From the NCBI GenBank assembly GCA_005881715.1, contig VBEE01000035.1, positions 12,260 to 76,259 of the forward strand: a stretch of 64,000 nucleotides of DNA. Direction: 5' to 3'. This DNA comes from Chloroflexota bacterium (lineage in GTDB: Bacteria; Chloroflexota; Dormibacteria; CF-121). This document shows, one piece after another, positions 1 through 9,214 of the stretch. The translations under genes were made by a program, and so were the position numbers. Position 1 is the stretch's first letter. Every line of letters begins with the position of its first letter. A model generated the notes under the pieces. It was not told the DNA's origin and did not search any database. It was given only the letters and a program-made list of their open reading frames with translations.

Positions 1-1392
1 CTGCCGCCGGCGCAGCTGATGCGGCGCCGCCGCCCGCACGGTCGCATCGAAGGCGACGTCCGTGACCTTCTCGGTCTGCGAGCTGCGCACGTAGCGTCCG
101 CGTTTCGTCTCGCTTTTCGTCGAGGTGCGCTTGCCCGCGGCGCGGCGGGCCTGCCGCTCGCGGGGCAGATCCAGCTTCTTGACCGCGAAGGTGCGTAACT
201 GGATCACGGTATCGGGCTCGACGTCGACCGCCTCGGTACTGGGCGACTCGCGCGCCTCAGCGGTGGTCCAGCCTTCATTCGACTCTCCGCCGGAGGCGCC
301 TTCCTGTTGGGTGGCCTCGCCTCGAGCGGCTTCCGCGGTTTCGGTCGGCGTCGTCGCCTGGATCTGGGCCAGCTGCTCCGCGGCGCGGGACGCCAGCTCC
401 TGCGCCTGCTCCGGCTTGTCGGTAGCGGCGTCGCGACGGCGGTGCGCCAGGGCCAGCTCGAGGGCCTCCAGCACGTCGGCCAGCTCGACAAGAGCCGCGC
501 CGCGAAGCGCGCAGATCGCTCGAGCGGTGCGCGCCACTACCAGGTCAGCCCGGTGGCCCGCCACGGAACCGTCCAGGCAGAGCCGGGCAATCAGCGACCG
601 GATCGCATCGGGGAGTTGCACCAGATCGAGGCGCGTCGTCGCCGCCTGCAGCCGGTCGTAAAGCTCCAACTCGCGTGGCGCCGCCGTCCGGTGCACCGCC
701 TGCGGGTTGTCGAGGAATTCCCGCTCGAGCTCCATGACGCGAAGCCGCTGATCGATGTCGGTCGGGGTCGTCACCTCGACGCAGAGCCCAAACCGATCGA
801 GCAACTGGGGGCGGAGCTCACCTTCCTCCGGATTCATGGTGCCGACCAGGATGAAGTGGGCTGGGTGCGTAACCGACATTCCCTCGCGTTCGACGACGTT
901 GATCCCCATCGCCGCGGCGTCCAGGAGGACATCGACGAGGTGGTCGTCGAGCAGATTGACCTCGTCGACATATAGAAGGTTGCGGTTGGCCTCAGCCAGT
1001 ACGCCGGGCTGGAAACGCCGGGTCCCGGCCCTGACCGCCGCCTCGATATCGATCGAGCCGACCAGCCGGTCTTCCGACGCGTTGATCGGCAATTCCACGA
1101 TCCGCATCGGCAGCCTGACCACCGGCAATCGCCCCGAGTTCGCCCGACGGCGGCACTCGTCGCAGTAGCGGGAAGGGATCGCCGGGTCACAGCGGTACGG
1201 ACACTGGTCGACCGCCTCGTAGTCGGGTAGCAGCCGCCCCAGGGCGCGCACCGCCGATGACTTGGCAGTGCCGCGATCGCCGCGGATCAGCACGCCGCCG
1301 ATCGCCGGATCGATGGCATTGAGCAGGAGCGCCTTCTTCATCTGCTCTTGACCGACGATCGCCGAAAACGGCAAAGTCAGCTCGAATGGCAC
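1..1392 (-). CDS. Mg-chelatase ChlI/ChlD family AAA+ ATPase, ChlD/BchD-like; 5' part only (3' end runs off the window edge)
   Basis: Reverse-strand translation from GTG at 1392 gives '[29 protein letters not shown]...GDRGTAKS...[10 protein letters not shown]...[28 protein letters not shown]'. This is the classic ChlI/BchI AAA+ core. It is followed by an acidic/Pro-rich linker and 'RGRYVRS...ATVRAAPHQ', which resembles the ChlD segment preceding the vWA domain. An in-frame stop lies just upstream of the GTG. The gene is not in the ORF track because it has no stop inside the window. Confidence 0.75.
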   Translation of the reverse strand, partial: MPFELTLPFSAIVGQEQMKKALLLNAIDPAIGGVLIRGDRGTAKSSAVRALGRLLPDYEAVDQCPYRCDPAIPSRYCDECRRRANSGRLPVVRLPMRIVELPINASEDRLVGSIDIEAAVRAGTRRFQPGVLAEANRNLLYVDEVNLLDDHLVDVLLDAAAMGINVVEREGMSVTHPAHFILVGTMNPEEGELRPQLLDRFGLCVEVTTPTDIDQRLRVMELEREFLDNPQAVHRTAAPRELELYDRLQAATTRLDLVQLPDAIRSLIARLCLDGSVAGHRADLVVARTARAICALRGAALVELADVLEALELALAHRRRDAATDKPEQAQELASRAAEQLAQIQATTPTETAEAARGEATQQEGASGGESNEGWTTAEARESPSTEAVDVEPDTVIQLRTFAVKKLDLPRERQARRAAGKRTSTKSETKRGRYVRSSQTEKVTDVAFDATVRAAAPHQLRRRQ

Positions 1393-1490
1393 GCTATGAG
1401 TCTAGCCAGACCTCGTCATGCGGAAACAGTTGGCGGAAGCTGAGCGTAAGGTTCGCCTGTCGAAACCGTTCTTGTTCGTAACGCCAAAGC

Positions 1491-1928
1491 ATGTGTCTGT
1501 ATGTTTACGTCGCCACCGACTCGGATCTGCCTGAACTCCGGTGGGATAAGAAACAGCCGGCGTTCAACGTCCACCGTCTGAAGCGCAAGGAAAAATTCCT
1601 GCGTGGCCTGTCAGGCGCCAATGCCTACATCCTCGGATCACACGAGGGGTGCGGTTGTGGATTCATATTGGACGAGTTGAGTGATCCTGAAGATCGGGCT
1701 GCCTCCGAGGATTCGCGGCGGAGGCTTTGTGAGTATGTCGACGCGGTCGTTCGCGGCGAAGCCAGCGTTGTCCTGCTTGCAGCCTGGCAGGGAGACGAGG
1801 GCAAGCCCCCGGTCCGTGCCAGGGTGACAGCCCAGGATTTACTGGCGTACCCATGGGATCGAACATGGGACGCCCCTCATGTGATAGAGGTCACATCGAC
1901 GTCCGGTCACCCTTCGTCGAGCCTATAA
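1491..1928 (+). CDS. Hypothetical protein (145 aa), atypical codon usage
   Basis: Uninterrupted ORF in a locally AT-shifted stretch. It uses many A/T-ending codons (tgt, tat, gtt, tta, ata, aca) that are rare in the rest of the window. I see no recognisable motifs apart from 'HEGCGCGF'. It has no obvious Shine-Dalgarno sequence and converges tail-to-tail with the acyl-CoA dehydrogenase gene. Confidence 0.45.
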   Translation: MCLYVYVATDSDLPELRWDKKQPAFNVHRLKRKEKFLRGLSGANAYILGSHEGCGCGFILDELSDPEDRAASEDSRRRLCEYVDAVVRGEASVVLLAAWQGDEGKPPVRARVTAQDLLAYPWDRTWDAPHVIEVTSTSGHPSSSL

Positions 1929-3086
1929 GTCGAGTTCTTTGGCGATGATTTCGCGCATGATTTCGTTCGTCCCGGCGCCGATTGGGCCCAGCCGGGCGTC
2001 GCGCCAGGCACGCTGGATCGGGTACTCCATCATGTAGCCGTAGCCGCCGTGGATCTGCAGCGCCCGGTCGGCGACGCTCACGTCCGCCTCGGTGGCGGCG
2101 ATCTTCGCCATCGAAACCTCTTTGGTGCAGGGCAGATTCTGCGAGTGCAGCCACAGGGCGTAGTAGGTCAGTTGCCGGGCCTGCTCGATCCTCAGCGCCA
2201 TGTCGGCGATTTCGTGCCGGATCACCTGCATCGACGTCAGCGTCTTGCCGAACTGCACCCGGTTCGATGCGTAATCGACAGCCAGCTCCAGGCTGCGCTG
2301 CGCCGATGCCACGGCCGAGATCGCGATCCACAGCCGCTCCCACTGAAAGTTCGCGACAGCCATTTTGAAGCCGTTGTTTTCCTCGCCGAGACGGTTCTCG
2401 ACCGGCACCCGGCAGTCCTGGAACACCAGCTCGGCGGTGTCGGACGCCCGCCATCCCAGCTTGTCCAGCTTGCGTCCGACCGTATAGCCGGGCGTGCCCC
2501 GTTCCACCACCAGCAGCGACAACCCATGATGGCCGCCCTCCGGCTTGGTGCGCGCGAGGATGACCACAAGGTCGGCATTGACGCCGTTGGTGATGAACAT
2601 TTTGGCGCCGTTGACCACGTAGGCATCACCCTGGCGACCGGCCATGGTCTGTACGTGGGCGATGTCCGAGCCGCCCGAAGGCTCGGTCACGCCCAGCGCG
2701 ACGATCTTTTCCCCCTTGATGGCCGGCGCCAGCCAGCGCTGGAGTTGCGCCTGGTCGCCGAAATCATTGATCGGGGGCGTGGCGATGGCGACATGCGCGC
2801 CGATCCCGGCGGCGACCCCACCGGACCCGCACCGGGCGAGCTCTTCGAACAGGACGGCCTCGTAGAGCACGCCAGCGTTCGTCCCGCCAAATTGCTCGCG
2901 ATACTTGAGGCCGAGCAGATCGAGTGCCCCGCAGCGACGGAAGAGCTCTCGCGGAAACTGCTGCGCCTGCTCCCACTCATCGACGTGGGGCCGAACCTCC
3001 TTCTCGATGAAGCGGCGCACGGTCCCACGGAATTCCTCGTGGTCCGGCGCAAAGAGATGCGAACGCGGCGTGGCTACGTTCGCCAG
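1923..3086 (-). CDS. Acyl-CoA dehydrogenase
   Basis: The translation shows ACAD hallmarks: 'GVTEPSGGSDIAHVQT', 'FITNG', 'QIHGGYGY', and a C-terminal 'RDARLGPIGAGTNEIMREIIAKELDL'. The track ORF (to 3317) has an Arg-rich, non-homologous N-terminus overlapping the upstream gene. Homology begins near 'HLFAPDHEEF'. There is no in-frame ATG/GTG/TTG between the upstream stop and the homologous region, so the 5' end of about 3086 is approximate. Confidence 0.85.
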   Translation of the reverse strand: MANVATPRSHLFAPDHEEFRGTVRRFIEKEVRPHVDEWEQAQQFPRELFRRCGALDLLGLKYREQFGGTNAGVLYEAVLFEELARCGSGGVAAGIGAHVAIATPPINDFGDQAQLQRWLAPAIKGEKIVALGVTEPSGGSDIAHVQTMAGRQGDAYVVNGAKMFITNGVNADLVVILARTKPEGGHHGLSLLVVERGTPGYTVGRKLDKLGWRASDTAELVFQDCRVPVENRLGEENNGFKMAVANFQWERLWIAISAVASAQRSLELAVDYASNRVQFGKTLTSMQVIRHEIADMALRIEQARQLTYYALWLHSQNLPCTKEVSMAKIAATEADVSVADRALQIHGGYGYMMEYPIQRAWRDARLGPIGAGTNEIMREIIAKELDL

Positions 3087-3547
3087 TAGTTGATGAACTC
3101 CGGGTATTGATCGACGGTCGCGCTCGCCAGGGGTTCGGGCAGGCGCACGAACATGCCGCGCGCCTCCGCCAGGACGGTACCGTCCATCAGCTCCACCGCT
3201 CCGACGGCATCGATCGCGCCATTGCGCTCGCGCGCGATCTCGCCCCACACGCGAAGCGGCTGGTCGATTGGCGCCGGCTGCCGGTAGCGGATGTCGAGCT
3301 TGCCCGTCATCAGCCACTCCTGACGCAGCGCCCCGGTGCGGCCCATCGTTTCATCCAGCATCGTCGCCAGGATGCCCCCGTGGAGGACACCCGGAAAGCC
3401 CTGGTAGCGCTCGGCGGGTGTGTAGTCCGCGACGATCCGCTCGCCGTCCCGCCGAAAGGTCAGTTTGAGCCCGGATTCGTTCCGGTGGCCGCAGGCAAAG
3501 CACCGCTGGTATGTGGTTTCATCATTGAGTTTGTCGGGGTCTTGCAC
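3074..3547 (-). CDS. Hotdog-fold acyl-CoA thioesterase (PaaI/4HBT family)
   Basis: Translation 'QRCFACGHRNESGLKLTF...YQGFPGVLHGGILATMLDETMG' is the 4HBT/PaaI signature. I place the start at GTG 3547, giving 157 aa. The rest of the 351-aa track ORF is Arg-rich and antisense to the histidine kinase. Confidence 0.75.
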   Translation of the reverse strand: MQDPDKLNDETTYQRCFACGHRNESGLKLTFRRDGERIVADYTPAERYQGFPGVLHGGILATMLDETMGRTGALRQEWLMTGKLDIRYRQPAPIDQPLRVWGEIARERNGAIDAVGAVELMDGTVLAEARGMFVRLPEPLASATVDQYPEFINYWRT

Positions 3548-3589
3548 GGCCTGCGACCAGTCTATCAGCCGATTTGGAGGGCACTCGTA

Positions 3590-4693
3590 TTGGACCGACG
3601 CTCGGAGGCGCTGGCGCAATTGCTCGAGACGGCACTCTCGGAGCGCTTCGCCACGCCGGTCATCGAGCTCCTCCAGGCGACGCCGATCCCAGTGGCGGTG
3701 GTTCAGGTTTCGGATCTCCGCGTGCTCGCCCTGAACGAGCTGATGGCGCGGGTCTACCACCGGCCCGACGCCGCCGGGCTGACGATTTCGGCCTTGCTGC
3801 CACCGACGCATCCGCTGTCTGATCCCCGCCCATATCGCTCGGTCTCGGTAGCGGGTCGCGCCCACAGTGCCACGATCGTGATCGACGGGCAAACCTGGGA
3901 ATGGTTCATTCGGCCACTCAAGGGCGAGGGCCGGAGCGTCGAGCATCTTTTGACGGGCATGGTCGCCCAACCCGCGGCCCCACTCGATGTGGACGTGGCG
4001 CGATTGCGCGAGATGAGCACGGCCAAGACGGAGTTCCTGAACGTGGCGGCGCACGAGCTGCGGACGCCGTTGAGCGTGATCCTCGGCTACGGGTCCCTGC
4101 TCGCCCAGGGCGGGCTCAGCGCCGAGCATCAGAAACTGGCCGGGGCTCGCATCTACGAGAAGGCGAGGCAGCTGAGCCGCCTGATCATGGATATGAGCCT
4201 GGTCGGCCGGCTCGACGAGCTGGGATCGGCGATGGCCAAGGAGGAGCTCGACCTGGTCGACCTGGTCGAGCCGATGGTCAAAGAGCAGCAGCGGCGCTTT
4301 GCCGACCTTGCGATCGACCTGCGCCTCGATGTCATGACGGCGCCGATCCAGGGCAACTCGTACTGGCTGAGCCTCGCGGTTCGCGAGTTACTCGACAACG
4401 CCATCCGCTTTCGGCCAGGACCCACGGGGCGGATCGACGTGGCACTGGCCGGCGCGGAAACACACTGGACGATCAGCGTGCTCGATGACGGCTTTGGCAT
4501 CGAGCCCCAGCACCAGGGCCAGCTCTTCAAGCGGTTCGCCCGCATCGAGAATGAGGCAACCAGCCATCTTCTGGGCCTCGGCATCGGCCTTTACATCGTG
4601 GAGGAGGTCGCGAAAGCCCACGGCGGGCGGGTCCTCGTCGACAGCCGCCCCGGTTCCGGTAGCGAATTCACGCTGGAATTGCCCCGCACCTAG
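3590..4693 (+). CDS. Cytoplasmic sensor histidine kinase (PAS-like N-domain, HisKA, HATPase_c)
   Basis: The C-terminal half has 'FLNVAAHELRTPL' (H-box), an N-box 'LLDNAIRF', a G-box 'DDGFGIEPQHQGQLFKRF' and 'GLGIGLYIV'. The N-terminal 'ELLQATPIPVAVVQVSDLRVLALNELMARVY' is PAS-like. No transmembrane segment is apparent. The start is either the in-frame TTG at 3590 or the ATG at 'MARVY'. The first ~480 nt of the track ORF are antisense to the thioesterase and were rejected. Confidence 0.8.
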   Translation: MDRRSEALAQLLETALSERFATPVIELLQATPIPVAVVQVSDLRVLALNELMARVYHRPDAAGLTISALLPPTHPLSDPRPYRSVSVAGRAHSATIVIDGQTWEWFIRPLKGEGRSVEHLLTGMVAQPAAPLDVDVARLREMSTAKTEFLNVAAHELRTPLSVILGYGSLLAQGGLSAEHQKLAGARIYEKARQLSRLIMDMSLVGRLDELGSAMAKEELDLVDLVEPMVKEQQRRFADLAIDLRLDVMTAPIQGNSYWLSLAVRELLDNAIRFRPGPTGRIDVALAGAETHWTISVLDDGFGIEPQHQGQLFKRFARIENEATSHLLGLGIGLYIVEEVAKAHGGRVLVDSRPGSGSEFTLELPRT

Positions 4694-4788
4694 CGGTCGG
4701 CCGCCGGGCCGCTGAGAAGGTGATACCGGCTTTGAGTGACAACCGTAAAGCCGCCGATCTATAGTTGAAGCGTCCTCGGGGACCCTCC

Positions 4789-5412
4789 ATGCCTCAAGTG
4801 CTCGTGCTGGCAGCCTTCGCCTATTTGCTCGGTTCCGTCCCTTCTGGCTGGCTGGTGATGAAGGTCTACCGCAACCAGGACCTCCGCAAGCTTGGCAGCG
4901 GCAATATCGGGGCGGCCAATGTGTTCCGGGCCGGTGGCCCGGGCGCCTTCACCGCCACCCTGGTCGCCGACGGGCTCAAGGGCTTTATTCCCGTCATGCT
5001 GGGCATCGCGTTCGGGCTCGGCGATCAGGAAATCGCGCTGGCCCTGATCGGCCTGGCCGCCGTCATGGGCCATACCTGGTCGCTCTACCTGGGCTTCCGC
5101 GGGGGCAAGGGCGTCGCGACCTCCGGCGGTGTCCTGCTGGCGCTTGCCCCGGTGGCGCTGGTGCTGGCCCTGGTCAGCTGGTTCCTCGTTGTCCGTCTCA
5201 CCCGGCTGGCGTCGCTCTCCTCGCTGATCGCCGTTGCGGTCGGCTTCGTCAGCTTGATCGCGCTTCACCTCGTTGGCTGGCAGGCGTGGCGCCCCGTGGG
5301 GTGGCCCGTGATCGTCCTTGGTGTGGCCCTGGTCGGGCTGGTGCTGTACCGGCATCGGGGCAACATCGGGCGGCTCGCCACCGGCCGAGAGCTGAAGATC
5401 ACCACCCACTGA
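4789..5412 (+). CDS. plsY: Glycerol-3-phosphate acyltransferase PlsY
   Basis: Translation 'LLGSVPSGWLV...KLGSGNIGAANVFRAGG...GHTWSLYLGFRGGKGVAT' is the PlsY family signature in a multi-TM protein. Start chosen at 'MPQVLVLAAF'. Confidence 0.85.
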   Translation: MPQVLVLAAFAYLLGSVPSGWLVMKVYRNQDLRKLGSGNIGAANVFRAGGPGAFTATLVADGLKGFIPVMLGIAFGLGDQEIALALIGLAAVMGHTWSLYLGFRGGKGVATSGGVLLALAPVALVLALVSWFLVVRLTRLASLSSLIAVAVGFVSLIALHLVGWQAWRPVGWPVIVLGVALVGLVLYRHRGNIGRLATGRELKITTH

Positions 5413-6482
5413 TGCCCGAGCGACCGGCGCCCGCGCCGCCGCTGAGATTTCTGTTCTTTGGCGCCGGGGCGGTCGGCTCACTGCTGGGGGCCAGGCTTGC
5501 CCAGGCCGGCAGCGAGGTGACCCTGATCGGCCGGCCATCGCACGTCGAGGCCGTTGCCCGCGATGGGGTGCGCATGGTCGTGGCCGGCAAGGTCAGCAAC
5601 CAGTCGGTGCTGGCGGCGCGGCCAAGCATCGCGGAAGCCGGCGGACCGTTCGACTACGTCTTCCTCACCGTCAAGGGCTACGACACGCTGGACGCGATCG
5701 ATCAGTTGCAGCTCGCCCTCCGTCCAGGCACCATCCTGGGAAGTTTCCAGAACGGCGTGGGCAACGAGGAAACTATCGCCCTGGCGCTGCCAGAGCAGGC
5801 GCTGGTGGCAGGAAGTCTGACCGTTCCCGTCAGCCTGGACGAGCCTGGGACCATCCAGTTGCACTCGCGGCGGGGCGGGGTGGCGCTGGCACCGGTGTCG
5901 CCGGAGGTCAATGTGGCGCCGCTGGTCCGCAAGCTGGGCGATACCGGATTGAAGGCCCGCCGCTACGCGGACTTCCGCGCGATGAAGTGGTCGAAGCTGC
6001 TGTTCAACATCATCGGGAATGCGCAGAGCGCAATCCTGGACCTGCCGCCCAGCCATGTCTTCGCCGACAGCGAGCTCTTCCGCTACGAGCGCGCCGCCTT
6101 CCTGGAGGCGGTCACGGTCATGAACCGAATGCGGCTGTCAGTGGTCGCGTTACCCGGCCTCCCCGCGCCCAGCCTGCGGCGTGCCATGAATCTCCCGCCG
6201 CTGCTGGCCCAGATGTTGCTGGAACCGCGGCTGGGTGGGGCCCGCGGAAACAAGATGCCCTCTCTCTGGTGGGACCTCAGCCGGGCCAAGGGGAAGACGG
6301 AGGCGGCCTTCCTGAACGGGGCGGTGGTCGACGCCGGCCGTCGTTACGACGTGCCGACGCCCGTCAACTCGGTGCTCTGGGCGATCGTGGAGAAGTCGAC
6401 GAAACTGCCGTCGGAGTGGGAACGCTATCGGCGGCAGCCCGATCGGCTCAAGGCATTGCTCCGAACGGCGATCCGGTTGTAA
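5412..6482 (+). CDS. 2-dehydropantoate 2-reductase family protein (ApbA/PanE-like)
   Basis: N-terminal Rossmann motif 'FLFFGAGAVGSLLGARLAQAGSEVTLIGR' and overall ketopantoate-reductase-like organisation. The start ATG overlaps the plsY stop (TGATG). Confidence 0.75.
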   Translation: MPERPAPAPPLRFLFFGAGAVGSLLGARLAQAGSEVTLIGRPSHVEAVARDGVRMVVAGKVSNQSVLAARPSIAEAGGPFDYVFLTVKGYDTLDAIDQLQLALRPGTILGSFQNGVGNEETIALALPEQALVAGSLTVPVSLDEPGTIQLHSRRGGVALAPVSPEVNVAPLVRKLGDTGLKARRYADFRAMKWSKLLFNIIGNAQSAILDLPPSHVFADSELFRYERAAFLEAVTVMNRMRLSVVALPGLPAPSLRRAMNLPPLLAQMLLEPRLGGARGNKMPSLWWDLSRAKGKTEAAFLNGAVVDAGRRYDVPTPVNSVLWAIVEKSTKLPSEWERYRRQPDRLKALLRTAIRL

Positions 6483-6561
6483 ACCCACTGCGGTAAGTGG
6501 CCCGGCGCAGGCGATAGAATTCTCGCTTGGAACGGGGGGTTTCCGGCAGGGAGAGGAGCAC

Positions 6562-7656
6562 ATGAAGAAATCCGTTCGACTCGCCGCGACCATGCTGGCC
6601 GCCGCGGCGCTGGGAGCCTGCGGCACGACAAACTCGACGACGTCAACCAACCAACCATTCAAGGCAGCCTGGATCTATGTCGGGACGGCCGGCGATCATG
6701 GCTGGACACAGGCCCATGACGATGGCCGCAAAGTGGTGGAACAGCAATTGGGCACTGCCGTCAAGACAACCTTCAAGGAGAACGTGCCCGAAGGGCCACA
6801 GGTTGAGCAGGTGGTCGAGGGCCTCGTCCGGGATGGCAACAAGATCATTTTCGCGACGTCATTCGGGTTCCAGGACGCGATGGCCAATGAGGCGGCCAAG
6901 CATCCCGACGTCAAGTTCGAGCAGGCCACCGGGTTCAAGACCGCCAACAATCTGGCTGAGTACTTCGGCGCGGCCGAGGACGCCGACTACCTGACCGGCA
7001 TGGCGCTGGGCGCCGCCAGTAGCAAAGGCAAGATCGGCTTTGTCGCCCCCTTCCCCATCCCCGAAGTCATCCGCGAGATCAACGCGGTTGCCCTGGGCGC
7101 CCAGACCACGCATCCGGGCGCGACCGTCCAGGTGGTCTGGACGAATACCTGGTTTGATCCCACCAAGGAGAAGCAGGCGGCGCAGAGCCTCCTCAGCCGG
7201 GGCGTGGACGCGATCGGCCAGGGGCAGGACAGCCCGGCCACCGGCGAGGCGGCCAAGGCGGTCGGCGTCAAGTGGAGCGGGTACGACTCCGATCAATCCA
7301 ACGTCGCGCCAGACATCTGGCTGACCGGCACCGTCTACCACTGGGGGCCCTATTACGTCAAGCGGGTCAAAGCCGCCATGGACGGCAGCTGGAAGACCGG
7401 CAGCTACTACGGCAGCATCGGCGACGGCATGATCGACATCGCGCCCTTCGGGCAGTCGGTGACCCAAGCCGCACGCGACCAGATCAACGCCAAGAAGGAG
7501 GCTCTCAAGAGTGGGACCTTCTACGAGTTCACCGGGCCACTGAAGGACCAGTCGGGAGCGGTCAAGATCGCTGCGGGAACCAAGATGACGTTAGAGCAGA
7601 TCCTATCCATGGACTGGTTCGTGCAAGGAGTGATCGGCAGCCCGAAGGGCGGCTGA
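6562..7656 (+). CDS. BMP-family ABC transporter substrate-binding lipoprotein (nucleoside-binding, PnrA/Bmp-like)
   Basis: Lipoprotein signal 'MKKSVRLAATMLAAAALGACG' with lipobox LGAC, and a Bmp/PnrA-like body ('IGFVAPFPIPEVIREINAVALGAQ'). It heads a four-gene ABC importer cluster. Confidence 0.85.
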   Translation: MKKSVRLAATMLAAAALGACGTTNSTTSTNQPFKAAWIYVGTAGDHGWTQAHDDGRKVVEQQLGTAVKTTFKENVPEGPQVEQVVEGLVRDGNKIIFATSFGFQDAMANEAAKHPDVKFEQATGFKTANNLAEYFGAAEDADYLTGMALGAASSKGKIGFVAPFPIPEVIREINAVALGAQTTHPGATVQVVWTNTWFDPTKEKQAAQSLLSRGVDAIGQGQDSPATGEAAKAVGVKWSGYDSDQSNVAPDIWLTGTVYHWGPYYVKRVKAAMDGSWKTGSYYGSIGDGMIDIAPFGQSVTQAARDQINAKKEALKSGTFYEFTGPLKDQSGAVKIAAGTKMTLEQILSMDWFVQGVIGSPKGG

Positions 7657-7708
7657 TTGCGTCACCCCCATCGCCGCTGAATCCGTCACGGCTGGGCCGC
7701 CCCCAGCC

Positions 7709-9214
7709 GTGACGATGCGGGGAATCACCAAGCGGTTCCCCGGCGTGGTCGCCAACGAGCAGGTCGATTTCGAAGCCCTGCAGGGCGAGATTCACGCGTT
7801 ACTCGGCGAGAATGGGGCCGGCAAGTCGACCCTTTCCAACATCCTGACCGGGCTCTACCGACCGGACGAGGGCGAGATCCTGGTCAACGGTCAACCGGTC
7901 GCCTTCCGCTCCCCGCGGGACGCGATCGCGGCCGGCATCGGCATGGTGCACCAGCACTTCCGGCTGGCGGCCTCGTTCACGGTCGCTGAGAACCTCGTGC
8001 TCGGGCATCGCGACGCCGCCGACCGTGGCTTCCTGCTGGAGCCCAGCGTGATCGAAGGCCGGGTCACCGAGCTGGCGCGGCGCTACCGGATGCCGGTCGA
8101 TCCTGGTGCCCGCGTGTGGCAGTTGTCGGTCGGCGAGCAGCAGCGGGTCGAGGTCTTAAAGACGCTCTACCGAGGGGCACGCATCCTGATCCTCGACGAG
8201 CCCACCTCCCTGCTGACGCCCCAGGAGTCCGAAAATCTCTTCGAAACGCTCCGCCTGATGGCGGCCGAGGGCCGGACCGTGATCTTCATCTCCCACAAGC
8301 TCGAGGAGGTGATGGCCGTCTCGCGCCGGGTCACGGTACTCCGTCGTGGGAAGGTGATCGGAACGGTCCCGACCACCGAGACCAATCCGCGCGAACTGGC
8401 TCGGATGATGGTCGGGCGCGATGTCGTCTTCACCCAGAAGAAACAGGGGCCTGCCCGAGCTGAGCGTGAGGTCATCCTCGACCTGCTGGGTGTCTCTGCC
8501 CTGGGCGACCTCGGCACCTTCGCCCTGCGCGATGTGTCCCTGACCGTCCATGCTGGGGAGATCGTGGGGGTTGCCGGGGTTGCCGGCAACGGCCAGCGCG
8601 AGCTGGCGGAAGTCATCACCGGCATGCGCCGGCCAACGGCTGGCTCCGTGGTGGTTGCGGGAAGACCGGTGCGCCCCGGCGACCCGCTCACCGCCATCCG
8701 ACGCGGCGTCAGCCACGTCCCCGAAGATCGGATGGGGACCGGCGTGGCGCCCTCGCTGAGCATCGCCGACAACCTGGTACTCAAGGCGTATCGGCGGGCA
8801 CCGATCTCCACCCAGGGCTTCCTCCACGCCGGGCGGATCCGGACGAACGCGATCGAGTTGATGCGTCGTTTCAATATCGCGGCGCCCGGGCCCCAGACGC
8901 CGACCCGGTTGCTATCAGGCGGGAACGTTCAGAAGGTCCTGCTGGCCCGGGAGCTCTCCAGCCGACCCCGGATCCTGGTGGCGGCCTCGCCGACCCGCGG
9001 CCTCGACGTGGCCGCGACCGACTCGGTGCGCGCCCTCTTACTGGAAGCGGCGGCGGCGGGCGTGGGCATCCTGCTGATTAGCGAGGACCTTGACGAGATC
9101 CTGGCGCTGGCCGATCGTGTCGCGGTTCTTTACCGCGGCCATATCATGGGTGTGGTCGAGCGGCAGAACGCCAGAGTCGAAGAGCTGGGCCTGATGATGG
9201 CGGGCGCCGCGTGA
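7709..9214 (+). CDS. ABC transporter ATP-binding protein with two nucleotide-binding domains
   Basis: Two Walker A motifs ('GENGAGKST', 'GVAGNGQRE'), LSGG-type signatures ('LSVGEQQRVEV', 'LSGGNVQKVLLAR') and two Walker B 'ILILDEPT'-type motifs. This is typical of sugar/nucleoside ABC ATPases. Confidence 0.9.
   Translation: MTMRGITKRFPGVVANEQVDFEALQGEIHALLGENGAGKSTLSNILTGLYRPDEGEILVNGQPVAFRSPRDAIAAGIGMVHQHFRLAASFTVAENLVLGHRDAADRGFLLEPSVIEGRVTELARRYRMPVDPGARVWQLSVGEQQRVEVLKTLYRGARILILDEPTSLLTPQESENLFETLRLMAAEGRTVIFISHKLEEVMAVSRRVTVLRRGKVIGTVPTTETNPRELARMMVGRDVVFTQKKQGPARAEREVILDLLGVSALGDLGTFALRDVSLTVHAGEIVGVAGVAGNGQRELAEVITGMRRPTAGSVVVAGRPVRPGDPLTAIRRGVSHVPEDRMGTGVAPSLSIADNLVLKAYRRAPISTQGFLHAGRIRTNAIELMRRFNIAAPGPQTPTRLLSGGNVQKVLLARELSSRPRILVAASPTRGLDVAATDSVRALLLEAAAAGVGILLISEDLDEILALADRVAVLYRGHIMGVVERQNARVEELGLMMAGAA

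Noticed and set aside
125-1190. Several plus- and minus-strand ORFs (178, 222, 137, 118 aa)
   Set aside because: All lie inside the ChlI/ChlD-like gene, whose translation has the AAA+ motifs. These ORFs are low-complexity Arg/Ser/Ala-rich.
1399-1490. tRNA or small RNA in intergenic gaps (also 45316-45388, 45989-46091, 33718-33924)
   Set aside because: No cloverleaf-compatible GTTCGA T-loop / acceptor-stem arrangement could be traced by eye. No rRNA-like segments are present.
3107-3589. N-terminal extension of the 528-aa histidine-kinase track ORF
   Set aside because: It completely overlaps the hotdog thioesterase on the other strand. Kinase homology (the PAS-like domain) starts near 3590.
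8156-8874. 223-aa and 235-aa minus-strand ORFs
   Set aside because: Antisense to the double-NBD ABC ATPase.
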